Source: an uncultured Gemmatimonadales bacterium (lineage in GTDB: Bacteria; Gemmatimonadota; Gemmatimonadetes; Gemmatimonadales; Gemmatimonadaceae). From it: a stretch of DNA of 64,000 bases. How positions within the stretch are numbered: position 1 is the first letter of the stretch; the number at the start of each line of letters is the position of its first letter. The position numbers and the translations under genes were made by a program. The notes beneath the pieces are model-generated. The model was given only the letters and a program-made list of their open reading frames with translations, searched no databases and had not been told where the DNA came from. Positions 28,309-38,823 of this stretch are shown piece after piece. The stretch covers positions 1 through 64,000 of the forward strand of contig CAWBZV010000005.1 of NCBI GenBank assembly GCA_963793305.1. The letters run 5' to 3'.

Positions 28309-29712
28309 ATGACGGAGCGTTTGTTTCGCGCATCCCGCGATCCGTTTCGAATCTTGCTGTTCCTGCTCACGGTCATGACGATCAGCCGCATCCACCAGCA
28401 GTTCAAGTGGCTGTCGGTGTTGCGTCCTGCGCTCGTGGCCACGGCGCTGGCCGTGCTCTACGCGTTCTTGAGACCCGCGGTGGTCGCCCACCGTCCGCTC
28501 CTCGCGACCTGGCCCGCGAAGGTGATCGTCGCGTTCCTCATCTGGGCGTGCATCGGCGCCCCATTCGGCATCTCGTTCGGGAATTCGGCGACGTTTCTCC
28601 TCAATGTGTATTTCAAGACCATCGTCTACGCATTCCTGCTGATCGCGGCGATCCGGTCGACCGAGGATCTGAAGACGCTCATGTGGGCCTACGTGATCGC
28701 CACGTTGTTGCTCGTGTATACCAGTTTGTTCGTGTTCAAGATGCAGCACTACGGATCGGGCGCCGGGTATGACCGGCTGGCGGCCGGGGATACCTACGAC
28801 TCCAACGACATCGGTCTCGTGCTCGTGCTCGGCATGGCGTTCACGCTGTTGGCGTTCACGACCTCGGGGATCGTCGGCAAGCTGTTCTGCGTTGGTGTGC
28901 TGTGCCTCGTCGGGGCCGGGATCGCCAAGACGGGTTCCCGCGGCGCGTTCGTCGGCATGCTCGCGATCGGAGTCGGGATGCTGCTCCTGATCGACCGGAT
29001 CCCGATCGCGCAGCGGGTCACGTTCATCATCGTCACCATCATCGGGCTGTCGTGGTTCGCTCCGCCCGGGTACTGGAAGCAGATGTCGACGCTCCAGGAC
29101 CCGCAGTCTGACTACAACTGGAGCTCGGTCAACGGTCGTCGCCAGGTCGCGATCCGCGGCATGGGCTATATGATGAGCTATCCGATCTTCGGTCTCGGCA
29201 TGCACAATTTCTCGAAGGCCGAGTGCTTCATTTCGGAAAAGGCCCTCAACCACGAGGTCGGGACGGGCATCCGCTGCACGCCGCCGCACAACGCCTATAT
29301 CGAGGCGGGCGCGGAGCTCGGGATTCCCGGCCTGGCGCTGTGGCTGTTCATCATTCCGGGTGGCGTCGTGCAGATGGTCATGCTGCGGCTCAAACTGCCG
29401 CGGTCGTGGGCTCGCGGCGATCCCGAGCAGCGATACCTGTATTGCGTCGTCGTCTACATGACCTGCGGCCTGCTCGGCTATGCGTTTGGGTCGTTCTTCC
29501 TGTCATTTGCCTGGACCGACGTCAGCTACTACTTGATGGCGATGATCGCGGGCACGTGGATTTGCGTGTTCGATCGACTCGCCCGCGATCGTGCGGGACT
29601 CGGGACCGGACCAACGTCGCAGACGCCGGCGATCGCCGCTGGCACCAGCGGGTGGCGTGCCGCGGCATCGGAAGCGGCGGTCGCTCGGCGGCTCGCGGCC
29701 GGCGGGCGCTGA
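28309..29712 (+). CDS. O-antigen ligase / Wzy-like polymerase
   Basis: Multi-TM protein with DSND, TGSRGAFVG, P.FGLG..NF and HNAYIE.GAELGIPGL motifs. Confidence 0.85.
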   Translation: MTERLFRASRDPFRILLFLLTVMTISRIHQQFKWLSVLRPALVATALAVLYAFLRPAVVAHRPLLATWPAKVIVAFLIWACIGAPFGISFGNSATFLLNVYFKTIVYAFLLIAAIRSTEDLKTLMWAYVIATLLLVYTSLFVFKMQHYGSGAGYDRLAAGDTYDSNDIGLVLVLGMAFTLLAFTTSGIVGKLFCVGVLCLVGAGIAKTGSRGAFVGMLAIGVGMLLLIDRIPIAQRVTFIIVTIIGLSWFAPPGYWKQMSTLQDPQSDYNWSSVNGRRQVAIRGMGYMMSYPIFGLGMHNFSKAECFISEKALNHEVGTGIRCTPPHNAYIEAGAELGIPGLALWLFIIPGGVVQMVMLRLKLPRSWARGDPEQRYLYCVVVYMTCGLLGYAFGSFFLSFAWTDVSYYLMAMIAGTWICVFDRLARDRAGLGTGPTSQTPAIAAGTSGWRAAASEAAVARRLAAGGR

Positions 29713-29727
29713 CGGCCCGCGCGGCGC

Positions 29728-30915
29728 TTGTCGACGATACTCATCACGGACGGAGAGCAGCGCTCGGCGCTCGCGGTCGTCCGGTCTCTGGGCCGGGCGG
29801 GGTACCGCGTCGTCGTCGCGGCGCGTGGCCGCCGGAGTCTGGCGGGTGCGTCTCGATGGGCCGCGGCGCACGTGACGACTCCCGATCCGTTGGCCGATCC
29901 AACTGCGTTCGTCGAGGCAGTCGGCAATGCCATCGCGGCGCATGAGGCGCGGGTTGTCATCCCCGTCACCGACGCGAGCGCGCTCGCGCTGCTCGCGTGC
30001 CGGCAGCGCCTCGTGCCGGCGATCATCCCCATGCCCGACGTGACGACGTTTCAGCGGATATCGGACAAGGGCGCGCTCCGCGAGCACGCCGAACGAGCCG
30101 GCCTCGCGTTTCCGCCGCAACACGAAGTGCGGGACGTCGCTGAGGCTCGCGCGCTGGCGGCGACCCTGCGCTATCCGATCGTCCTCAAGCCCTCTCGCTC
30201 CGTGGGCGAAGCCAACGGCGCGCGCGTCAAGATGTCGGTCCGTCACGCGTCGGGGCCGGCCGCGCTCGCGGCGCACCTCGACACGCTGCCGGCGCAGGCC
30301 TATCCGCTGCTCTTGCAGCAGCGCATCGTCGGTCCCGGCGTCGGCGTGTTCGTGCTGCGCTGGAACGGGGAGCGCGTCGCGACATTCATGCACCGGCGCC
30401 TGCGGGAGAAACCGCCGAGCGGCGGCGTGAGTGTCTACGCCGAGAGCGTCACGCCGGACGAGAGCCTCATCGCCCGCGCGACGGCGCTCGTCGACGCATT
30501 CGACTGGTGCGGCGTCGCCATGGTCGAGTGCAAAGTCGACCGCGCGACCGGCACGCCGTACCTCATGGAAGTGAACGGCCGGTTCTGGGGCTCGCTCCAG
30601 TTGGCGATCAATGCCGGCGTGGATTTCCCCGTGCTGCTCGTCCGCCTCGCGCTGGGCGAATCCGTGCGGGGTCCCGACCAGTATCGCGCCGGTCTCGGCG
30701 GGCGATGGTGGTGGGGCGAGGTCGATCATTTGCTGGCCCGACTGCGCCATTCCAATGCCGCGCTGGCGCTCCCGAGCGATGCGCCTGGACGCGCGAGCGC
30801 CGTCGTCGATTTCGTCGGATCGTGCCTGCGCTTTGCGCCGGATCAGGTGTTCCGCATAAGCGACCCCATGCCGTTCTTTCTGGAGAGCGTTCGATGGCTC
30901 GCGCGGTCGGCGTAA
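29728..30915 (+). CDS. ATP-grasp domain protein
   Basis: LAVVRSLG, YPIVLKP, LLQQRI.G, HRRLRE.PP.GG, GVAMVE.K, LMEVNGRFWGSL. Confidence 0.85.
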   Translation: MSTILITDGEQRSALAVVRSLGRAGYRVVVAARGRRSLAGASRWAAAHVTTPDPLADPTAFVEAVGNAIAAHEARVVIPVTDASALALLACRQRLVPAIIPMPDVTTFQRISDKGALREHAERAGLAFPPQHEVRDVAEARALAATLRYPIVLKPSRSVGEANGARVKMSVRHASGPAALAAHLDTLPAQAYPLLLQQRIVGPGVGVFVLRWNGERVATFMHRRLREKPPSGGVSVYAESVTPDESLIARATALVDAFDWCGVAMVECKVDRATGTPYLMEVNGRFWGSLQLAINAGVDFPVLLVRLALGESVRGPDQYRAGLGGRWWWGEVDHLLARLRHSNAALALPSDAPGRASAVVDFVGSCLRFAPDQVFRISDPMPFFLESVRWLARSA

Positions 30916-31647
30916 TCCACGTCCACAGCGCGTATTCGCACGACTCGCGCGACGCGCTGAGCGCGCTGCGCGACTTCGCGCTCGCGCGCGAGCTCCGCTT
31001 CGTCGGGCTCACGGATCACGCGGAAGATTTTGATGAGAGCCGCTTCGCGGCCTATCGCGCCGAGTGTGCATCGCTGTCGGACGCCGCGGTCACGCTGATC
31101 CCCGGACTGGAATTCCGTTTCGAGGGGTACACCGGCTTACATCTGCTCGCGTTGGGCTTGAACCGATGGATCGAACCGGCGAAGCCGGCCGATTTTATTG
31201 CCGACACGCGAGGCGTGGCCAGCCTGACGATCGCCGCCCACCCGGTGCTGTTCAAATATCAAATGCCGGACGAGGTCCGCGACGGGATCGATGCGATCGA
31301 GGTCTGGAACGCGAAGTACAACACCCGCTATCTCCCGGACCCGGCGGCGATTCGGCTGTTGCATGCCACGCGTCGAGTGCGTCCGGAACGTCGTGGGCAC
31401 CGTCGGCCTGGATCAACACGACGCGGCAAACGATCGCCGGACCCGCGTCATCGTGGATGCCGCGGCTGTCGAACCGCTGGCCGAGATCCGCGGGGGTCGG
31501 TTTCACAACCGTGGACTGGGATGCTCGTTCGGCCCCACGGTCGAATGGCCGCCGTACGGCCTGCCGTTGCTCGAGGCAACGCGATACGTATTCGATCGCG
31601 TGGAGCGCGCCCAGGAGCGGCTCGCCAAGAAAATGGCGGCCCGTTAG
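30894..31647 (+). CDS. PHP-domain metallophosphoesterase (frameshift near 31387)
   Basis: IHVHSAYSHD, LTDH, PGLE, AHP, IEVWN; continues in another frame as VVGTVGLDQH. Confidence 0.8.
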
Positions 31648-32702
31648 TGCGCTCGACCGCCATGACGGTGGCGCTGGCGATCGTGTTCGCGGTCGCGTTG
31701 GAGCTCTCATGCCGCCTCGATGACGCCATCCGATTTGGCACGCCGATCTTCTCGCGGGTCGAGTCGGAGGGCGATCTCCTGGTGCGCGACGCCGCCGGCG
31801 AGCACGGACGCCCGAACGCGCGCTACGGAAAATGGGTGATCAACAACGTGGGCATGCGCGGCCCGGATATCGATCCCGTCAAAGCGCCGGGCACGCTCCG
31901 GGTGGTCACCGCCGGTGCATCGGAGACGTTCGGGCTGTACGAGTCGCCGGGGCACGAGTTTCCCCGACAGCTCGAGGACACGCTCCGTGCGCGCCGGGGA
32001 CCGCGCGTCGAGGTGCTCAATGCCGCGATCTTCGGCATGTCGTTGCCGACGCTCGAGCAGGATCTCCGTCTGCGCGTCCGCGCGCTCCAACCCGACGTCG
32101 TCGTGCTGTACCCGACGCCCGTGCAGTATTTGAATGACGAACGCCCCGTACCGGCCGAACCGGACTCCGCCGCGTCGGATCGCTTGCCGTTCCGCGATGC
32201 GCTCTATCCGCGCGCGATGGAGCGTCTCCGAAACCAGGCGAAGGCGCTCATCCCCGCATGGCTCGCCACCTCGCTCCGCCGCGACGACATCGCGCGCGAC
32301 GCGCGTGAGCACCCGGCCGGTTGGCGGTTCACCGGAGTGCCGGCGGAGCGACTGGCGGCGTACGACACGGATCTGCGCCGCACGATCGGGACGATCCACG
32401 CGATTGGCGCGGCGCCGGTGCTGGCTATCCACGCCAACGTATTCGACGCCGGCGGGCCCCTCGATGAGCCGCTGCTCGTGAGCTGGGAAAACCAATACCA
32501 TCGGGCGACGGGCGACGCGTTGATCGCCTTCGACGCCGCGGCCGCGCGGGCGACCGTCCGTGCGGCGCGCGACTCGAACGTCACCTTCGTCGACCTCCGG
32601 CAAGTGCACGCGACACCGATGTTCGCTGATTACGCCCACTTCACGGATGCCGGCGCCGCGGCCGTCGCCGGCGCACTCGCCCGCGCGGTGCTGGCGCGAT
32701 GA
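31647..32702 (+). CDS. Membrane-anchored SGNH/GDSL-like protein
   Basis: N-terminal TM; IN..GMRG, GASETFG, VLNAAI.G, D.AHFT..G motifs. Confidence 0.75.
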   Translation: MRSTAMTVALAIVFAVALELSCRLDDAIRFGTPIFSRVESEGDLLVRDAAGEHGRPNARYGKWVINNVGMRGPDIDPVKAPGTLRVVTAGASETFGLYESPGHEFPRQLEDTLRARRGPRVEVLNAAIFGMSLPTLEQDLRLRVRALQPDVVVLYPTPVQYLNDERPVPAEPDSAASDRLPFRDALYPRAMERLRNQAKALIPAWLATSLRRDDIARDAREHPAGWRFTGVPAERLAAYDTDLRRTIGTIHAIGAAPVLAIHANVFDAGGPLDEPLLVSWENQYHRATGDALIAFDAAAARATVRAARDSNVTFVDLRQVHATPMFADYAHFTDAGAAAVAGALARAVLAR

Positions 32703-33709
32703 CGTCCCGTTCCATCTCGGTAGTCATCCCGACATACAACCGTGCCGGATTGTTGCCCCGCGCGGTCGCCTCGGCGCTGGCCCAGACGATGGCGCCCGCT
32801 GAAGTGTTGATCGTCGACGACGGCTCGACAGATGAGACGAGAGCCGTCTGCGCCCAATGGAGCGCTCCGGTGCGCTACATCGCGACGCCCAACGGCGGTG
32901 TCGCCCGGGCGCGCAACGTCGGGATCGCCGAGGCGCGCGGCGACTGGGTCGCGCTCCTCGACTCCGACGACGAGTGGGAGCCCGACAAGCTCGCCGCACA
33001 GTGCGCGGCCCTTGATGCCGCGTCCGAGGCACGGTGGTGCATCACCGGTTGCACCCTCATCGACGGCAACGGCGAGCCACGCGCCGGCCGACAAGGCTAC
33101 GAGGCCGCGTTTCCCGTATTTTCCGAAGTCAAGGACAGCGCCGCCGAGTATTTTGGCCGGACGTTGCGCCAGATCGGGCCCGACGCCTACGCCGGCGATC
33201 TGTTCGAGACGCTCTTTCGCGGCAACGTCGTGCTCCCATCGTCAGCGCTGGTGCACAAGTCCGTCTTCGAGCGTTGTGGCGTGTTCGATCCCCAGTTCCG
33301 GTACGCCGAAGAGACCGAATTCTTTCATCGTGTCGCGGCGTCGTTTCCCGTGGCGGTGTTGCTGTCGCCTCTCGTACGCTACCGCGTGGCCCAAGCTGGT
33401 TCGCTCACGTCGCCCGAGAATACGGCGGTGCTCATCAAGAATGCGCTGCGGAGCCTGGACAAGGCGAGGCAGCTGCGGCCGCGCGACCGGTCGATCTGGC
33501 GCGCGTGCCGTGTCGGTTCGGCGAGCCTGATCGTGCGATTGGCCTACACGCATCTGTCGAACTACGATCCACGCCTCGCGCGCCACGTGATACGCATCGC
33601 GTTGAACAATGGCGCGGCCGGCAAGCCACGCGCCTGGGGTATCCTCCTCGCATCGTTCCTTCCGGCGTCGACGCTCCGCGGTCTCCACGCACTCAAACGG
33701 CGGGTCTGA
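32699..33709 (+). CDS. Glycosyltransferase family 2
   Basis: SVVIPTYNR, VDDGSTD, ARARN.G, LDSDD. Confidence 0.92.
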   Translation: MTSRSISVVIPTYNRAGLLPRAVASALAQTMAPAEVLIVDDGSTDETRAVCAQWSAPVRYIATPNGGVARARNVGIAEARGDWVALLDSDDEWEPDKLAAQCAALDAASEARWCITGCTLIDGNGEPRAGRQGYEAAFPVFSEVKDSAAEYFGRTLRQIGPDAYAGDLFETLFRGNVVLPSSALVHKSVFERCGVFDPQFRYAEETEFFHRVAASFPVAVLLSPLVRYRVAQAGSLTSPENTAVLIKNALRSLDKARQLRPRDRSIWRACRVGSASLIVRLAYTHLSNYDPRLARHVIRIALNNGAAGKPRAWGILLASFLPASTLRGLHALKRRV

Positions 33710-33711
33710 CC

Positions 33712-34815
33712 ATGATCATCGCCGAGATGCTGGAGTCCGACGGCCCCGGCGGGGCGGAGCTGGTCGAGTTGCGTCTCGCGAAGGCGCTCCGGGACCGCGG
33801 ACACACGATCGTGCCCGTCGGTCCATCCATGGGGTGCGGCTGGTTGGCCGGACAATTCCGGGAGGCGGGATTCGACCCGCAAACATTCACGCTGCGCCGG
33901 CCGCTCGACTGGCGGTGTCTCCAGGGCATGATCGAGCTGCTGCGTCGGTATCGCGTCGACGTCGTGCACAGTCACGAATTCACCATGGCGGTCTACGGCG
34001 CCGCCGCAGCGCGCTGGCTCGGCATCCCGCACGTCATCACGATGCACGGCAGCCAGTACGTGACATCGAAGTGGCGCCGCCAGGTGTTGCTGCGTTGGGC
34101 CTTCCGTTTCAGCACAGCAACGGTGGCGGTGTCGGAGGACACGAAGCGACACTTGCAGAAAGAACTGAGCCTGCCCGACACCATGTTGCGTGTCGTCCCG
34201 AACGGTGTCCCGGCGCGTCTGGGCAACCGGACCACGGTACGAACCGCGCTCGGCATCCCGGACGATCACGTCCTCCTCTTGGCGGTTGGCAGCTTGATCC
34301 CTCGCAAGGGGCACGCGGTGCTCATCGAGGCCCTGTCGACCCTCGGCGCCGGTCCCTGGCTGCTCGCGATTGCCGGCGGCGGAGTCGAGAAGGATCGCCT
34401 GGAAGCGCTCGCCGCCTCGAAAGGCCTGACGGCGCACGTGAAGATCCTCGGCCACCGGGAGGATGTGCCGGATCTCTTGGCGGCGACTGACGTCTTCGTC
34501 ATGCCGTCGCTCTGGGAAGGTCTGCCACTGGCGCTCCTCGAGGCGATGCTCGCCGGCAAGCCGGTCATTGCCTCGCGCACGTCCGGGATTCCGGAAGCCG
34601 TGACCGATGGCGTCGACGGCATTCTGACCACGCCCGGCGATGTGGCGGCGCTCGCCAACGCGCTCGGAGGTGTCCTGGCGGACCCCGCACGCCGCGTCAG
34701 TCTCGGCGCGGCGGCCCGCGCGCGCGCCGAGGCCAACTTCACGCTCGACGCGATGGCGGACGGCTATGAGGCTGTCTTTCGCGACGCGCTAGGCCGGGCG
34801 AACGGTCGGCCGTAG
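33712..34815 (+). CDS. Glycosyltransferase family 4
   Basis: GGAE, VGSLIPRKGH, EGLPLALLEAM.GKPVIAS. Confidence 0.92.
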   Translation: MIIAEMLESDGPGGAELVELRLAKALRDRGHTIVPVGPSMGCGWLAGQFREAGFDPQTFTLRRPLDWRCLQGMIELLRRYRVDVVHSHEFTMAVYGAAAARWLGIPHVITMHGSQYVTSKWRRQVLLRWAFRFSTATVAVSEDTKRHLQKELSLPDTMLRVVPNGVPARLGNRTTVRTALGIPDDHVLLLAVGSLIPRKGHAVLIEALSTLGAGPWLLAIAGGGVEKDRLEALAASKGLTAHVKILGHREDVPDLLAATDVFVMPSLWEGLPLALLEAMLAGKPVIASRTSGIPEAVTDGVDGILTTPGDVAALANALGGVLADPARRVSLGAAARARAEANFTLDAMADGYEAVFRDALGRANGRP

Positions 34816-36378
34816 CCGCGCCCGCACGGACGTTGAGATCGTCGCCGGCAACGCCAGCAGCGCGCGCTTGTCGCCCGCGTTCAGGATCGGCAGCCACCAC
34901 ACGAGCGCCAGGAAGACCGCGAACTCGGCCACGCGCGTCCCCAACGCCGCGACCAGCGAATGGGCGGGGACCAGCACGCTCACCACGACCGTCACGACCG
35001 AGAGCGCGGCGAGTCGCAGCACCGGCGCCCAGTGGTAGCGGATGGGCCAGAGGCGCTGGGAGAACGCGTAGGTGCACCCGTACCGGACGGCGTAGGCGAT
35101 AGCGGTGGCGATCGCCGCACCCCATCCCGCGTATCGAGGAATGAGGAGCGCATAGGCGATGAGCACGACGCCGGCCGATATCCAATTGGCGATCGCGATG
35201 TACTTCGTCTTCTCCGTGACGCCGATGCCGACATCCTGCGACGCCGTCCAGGCTTGGAAGACGATGGCAATGAGCAGGATCGGCACGAAGTTCGCGGCGC
35301 CATAGAATGGCGGCGTGGCCATGACGCGGAGGACGCCGTGCACGAAGAGCGACATGCCGACCGCCGCCGTCATCAGGATCACGTTCTGATACACGAACAC
35401 CCGCGCGTAGATGCTATCGCGATCCGCGCGCTTGGCGATCTCGAACTTCTTCGGCTCCCAGACGAGATCGAAGGGCGTCTGCGCGAGGTACGCCAGCAGG
35501 AACGCGAACGAGTACGCCATCGTATAGAGGCCGACGGACGTCAGGTTCGTCACCACGCGCAGGAACGGCCGATCGCCGTACGTGAGAATGAACGTCGCGA
35601 ATTGCGTGACGATGAGCGGAAACCCATAGCGATAGAGATCCTTGGCGACCTGCTTGTCGTACCCGAAGCCGACCTCGCGGAAGACCATTGCGGTCATGAT
35701 GCCGCCGATCACGACGTTGCAGATCAGCGTGCTCAGGAAGATCGCGGCCGGCCCCAGGTGAAAGTGCACGAGGAAGAGCACGTTCATCGCCACTTGGAGC
35801 GGGAGCCGGAACAGGTTCATCCGCACGAGGGTGGTGAATCGTCCGGTCAGCCTCAAGAACGCCGGTGGCACGAAGTACAGCGCGACCACGGCGAGATTCG
35901 CGCTCGCCAGACGAGCGAGCCCCGTGTACTTGATGTCGCCGATGACGTATCGGGCGAGTTGCGGCGCCAGCACGTAGGCGATGATCGCCGCGCAGGCGTA
36001 CCCCGCGTAGATCGTGAGCATCGCCGTCGAGACCACGCGGCGCCGCATGGTCTGGTCGTCGGTTTTGTAGTAGAACCGGAACACGCCGCCGAGGAGCCGC
36101 GAGCCGGCGATGATCTGCAGGATATCGAGGCTGTTTTCGATCAGCTCGATGACGCCATAATCCGCTGGCGTGAGATAGCGGACGTACAGCGGCAGCATGA
36201 AGAACGACACGCCCTTGCTGAGCAGCGTGAGCGCCGCGAACAGCACCGCATACCCGCCCAGCGCCTGCAAACGGAGGGGGGCCGGCTCCTCGGGCGCCAG
36301 AGGCGCTGGGAGCTCACCCGGCGGAAGCGTCGACTCGTCTGGGAGGAGCGGGTCTTCCGCGGCATACGGATTCGTCAC
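34789..36378 (-). CDS. wzx: Wzx-type polysaccharide flippase
   Basis: Multi-TM protein with F.MLPLY.RYLTPADYG, YGFPL, DR.FL, VGLY..AY; GTG start coupled to the upstream TGA. Confidence 0.85.
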   Translation of the reverse strand: MTNPYAAEDPLLPDESTLPPGELPAPLAPEEPAPLRLQALGGYAVLFAALTLLSKGVSFFMLPLYVRYLTPADYGVIELIENSLDILQIIAGSRLLGGVFRFYYKTDDQTMRRRVVSTAMLTIYAGYACAAIIAYVLAPQLARYVIGDIKYTGLARLASANLAVVALYFVPPAFLRLTGRFTTLVRMNLFRLPLQVAMNVLFLVHFHLGPAAIFLSTLICNVVIGGIMTAMVFREVGFGYDKQVAKDLYRYGFPLIVTQFATFILTYGDRPFLRVVTNLTSVGLYTMAYSFAFLLAYLAQTPFDLVWEPKKFEIAKRADRDSIYARVFVYQNVILMTAAVGMSLFVHGVLRVMATPPFYGAANFVPILLIAIVFQAWTASQDVGIGVTEKTKYIAIANWISAGVVLIAYALLIPRYAGWGAAIATAIAYAVRYGCTYAFSQRLWPIRYHWAPVLRLAALSVVTVVVSVLVPAHSLVAALGTRVAEFAVFLALVWWLPILNAGDKRALLALPATISTSVRARLRPTVRPA

Positions 36379-37340
36379 CGGCTGGGGGTCGCGTGGTTCC
36401 GCGACCACAGCGGCGCGAACGGCAGCAGCGGCAACGCAGCGAGGTGCTTGAGCGCGTTCAACTTCGATCCCGGCATCCGCATGGCTTCGAAATACGCATC
36501 CACTGCTGGCCTGGCCTCCCCGCGCCAGAAATGATGGTGCCCGAGTGAGAGCCACGCCCGTCCCAACCGACGCTTCACGGCCTCGCGCTGTCCGTCATCG
36601 TGGACCTCGCGCGCCACACGCGTCAGCGCGTCGATGTCGGGTCGCAGCTTCTCCTCCGGCCGGCGATAGCTGTTGGCATTGTGCCGTCGCACCTCGACGA
36701 GCGGCTCCTGAATGAAGGCCGCCCGCGCGACGGAATAAATCCGCAACATGTAACAGTAATCTTGGCTGAGCCGCATGTCTTCCGGAAACTCGATGTCACG
36801 AGCGGAGTCGGCCCGGATGAGCGCCGTCTGTATCCATGCGGGGAACTGCCGCGTCGCGACCAGACTGACCAGCGCGTCCGCCTGGATGACCCGAGCGTGG
36901 CCTTCCCGACTGTCCCGCAGCGGCAACGCATAGAGCTCGGGCACGATGTCGAACTGCGTATTGGGATGCCGGCCGTTCTCGTCGAACCGCACGAAGTTGG
37001 TGAACACGAACCCGACATCGGGCTCGCTGCACAGAACCTCGAGTTGTGCCTTGAGCTTGCCCGGGCACCAGCGGTCATCCGCATCGAGGTACGCGATGAA
37101 GCGGCCTCGAGCAATGCGCAGTCCATGGTTTCTCGCCGCACCGACGCCGACTTTCTGCAGATACTCGACCCTGAGCCGGGGGTCGCCGATCATCGCGAGC
37201 CGCTGCTGGGTGTCATCCGTCGACGCGTCGTCGACGACGATGACCTCGAGGTCATCGACACCTTGCGTGAGGATGCTCATCACCGCTTCGGTGATATACT
37301 CACCGAAGTTGTGACTGGCGATAATGACGCTAACGAGCAT
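36375..37340 (-). CDS. Glycosyltransferase family 2
   Basis: VSVII..HN, VVDDASTD, AARN.GL, YLDADD.W. Confidence 0.92.
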   Translation of the reverse strand: MLVSVIIASHNFGEYITEAVMSILTQGVDDLEVIVVDDASTDDTQQRLAMIGDPRLRVEYLQKVGVGAARNHGLRIARGRFIAYLDADDRWCPGKLKAQLEVLCSEPDVGFVFTNFVRFDENGRHPNTQFDIVPELYALPLRDSREGHARVIQADALVSLVATRQFPAWIQTALIRADSARDIEFPEDMRLSQDYCYMLRIYSVARAAFIQEPLVEVRRHNANSYRRPEEKLRPDIDALTRVAREVHDDGQREAVKRRLGRAWLSLGHHHFWRGEARPAVDAYFEAMRMPGSKLNALKHLAALPLLPFAPLWSRNHATPSR

Positions 37341-38823
37341 ACGGTCGAGTCTCGAGGCGCGTGACCTGCACACCGCGAAAATGCAGCGGGGACCTCACAA
37401 CGTAATGACGACGGACAAACGCGTCGATCACGCCGGCACTCGATTGCAGGTCCGGTACGAGCCGGTTGGCTTGGACCAGCCAGACTCCGCCGGTGGTACC
37501 CAGGCTCGAGAAACGCGCCGCCAGGATCGTCGTGTCACGCGTCGCGTACTGACTCGGCTCGTAATGATCCAGGTCTGGATCGACCGGGAGTCCCGACACG
37601 GCCGCTCCGTGTCCCAGATAGTACTGCAGGGGCAGGACGCGATCGGGGTCGAACACGAGCACGTGGTCGCCCGGGGTCATGTGTCGCACCAGATAATCGG
37701 CGACCTGCCGCCAATCCTCGGGATATTGCGGATCGATCTCGAAGCTGACAACGAAGGCCAGCAGCAAAGCCACCAGGCTGGTGGCGCCGAGCGCCCGTGG
37801 CCAACCCGCCCGTGTCTGGGCGATCCACAGACTGTACAGCGTCAGCGTCGCGGGCAGGAGCAGCACCAGGTGCCGATGCCGCATCGGAATCCGGTGCAGA
37901 TACATGAGCGCGCACAATGCGACGAGGGGGACCACCACCGATGCGATGAGCGCCCGTTCCGCTGGTGTCGACTTCCCGCCGAACGCGATCCGCAGCGCGG
38001 GCACGATCGCCAGGATGGCCCAGACGATGATCACCGCGTGCGGGAAGTAGAGCGCACCCGTGTCGGTGAGCAACGCTTTGAGCGGCTGACCCGCGAGGAC
38101 GAATACCGGATTCGACACGATCGTCGTCTGATCGCTCACGGGGGCTTCGATCGGATGCGCGGCGCCCTGCGACAGGATCGTCGGGACCCATGGGACGATC
38201 CCGATGCCAACCACGGCGAGCGCGCCCGTGACGCGTCGCACCTGTCGCCCGATCGCGAGCGCGCCGATCCATTGGCCGAGGAGCAGAAACGCGTTGTAGT
38301 AAAACGTCAGAACCGACAGATACGCCACGACCGCGTACAGAACGGTCGAGCGGTTGAGATGCTCGTCGGGGCCGACGACGATGCGCAAATACCAGTACAG
38401 CGTCACCGTGGCCAGAAGCAACGACATGCCATACGTGCGCGCCTCGGCGGCCGCCCAGATGATGCCTGGCGTCGCCGCCGCGAGCACGGCCGGTGTCAAC
38501 CACCCGCGTATCCCGATCAGCCGCCCGATCGCCGCCAGGGTCGTCAGCATCCCGAGGATGCAGCCGAGCGACAGCAGGCGCGCGAAGATGATGCCGTCGT
38601 GAAGGCGGAGCCACAGATTCAGCGCGACGAAGTAGAGCGGCGGCTGCAGCTCGAAGTGCAGCGCTTGATGCACGGTCCCCGCGAGCGGGCGCATCGCCGT
38701 GTTGAGCGAGTACGACTCGTCCGTCCACAGACTCTTGTGGAGGGAATTCCAGAGCACCAGCGCCGTCAGCGCCAGCGTGACAACGGTCAGAACCGTCGCG
38801 TCTCGCTTACTGGCGGAACTCAT
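37330..38823 (-). CDS. GT-C fold (GT39/PMT-like) membrane glycosyltransferase
   Basis: SLWTDE, QPPLYF, RLLS, EARTY, many TM segments, C-terminal EDWRQVADYL domain. Confidence 0.75.
   Translation of the reverse strand: MSSASKRDATVLTVVTLALTALVLWNSLHKSLWTDESYSLNTAMRPLAGTVHQALHFELQPPLYFVALNLWLRLHDGIIFARLLSLGCILGMLTTLAAIGRLIGIRGWLTPAVLAAATPGIIWAAAEARTYGMSLLLATVTLYWYLRIVVGPDEHLNRSTVLYAVVAYLSVLTFYYNAFLLLGQWIGALAIGRQVRRVTGALAVVGIGIVPWVPTILSQGAAHPIEAPVSDQTTIVSNPVFVLAGQPLKALLTDTGALYFPHAVIIVWAILAIVPALRIAFGGKSTPAERALIASVVVPLVALCALMYLHRIPMRHRHLVLLLPATLTLYSLWIAQTRAGWPRALGATSLVALLLAFVVSFEIDPQYPEDWRQVADYLVRHMTPGDHVLVFDPDRVLPLQYYLGHGAAVSGLPVDPDLDHYEPSQYATRDTTILAARFSSLGTTGGVWLVQANRLVPDLQSSAGVIDAFVRRHYVVRSPLHFRGVQVTRLETRPYAR

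Noticed and set aside
30507..32702. 731-aa ORF suggesting a PHP-SGNH fusion
   Set aside because: Artefact of the frameshift near 31387; restoring the frame ends PHP at TAG 31647, where the SGNH gene starts.
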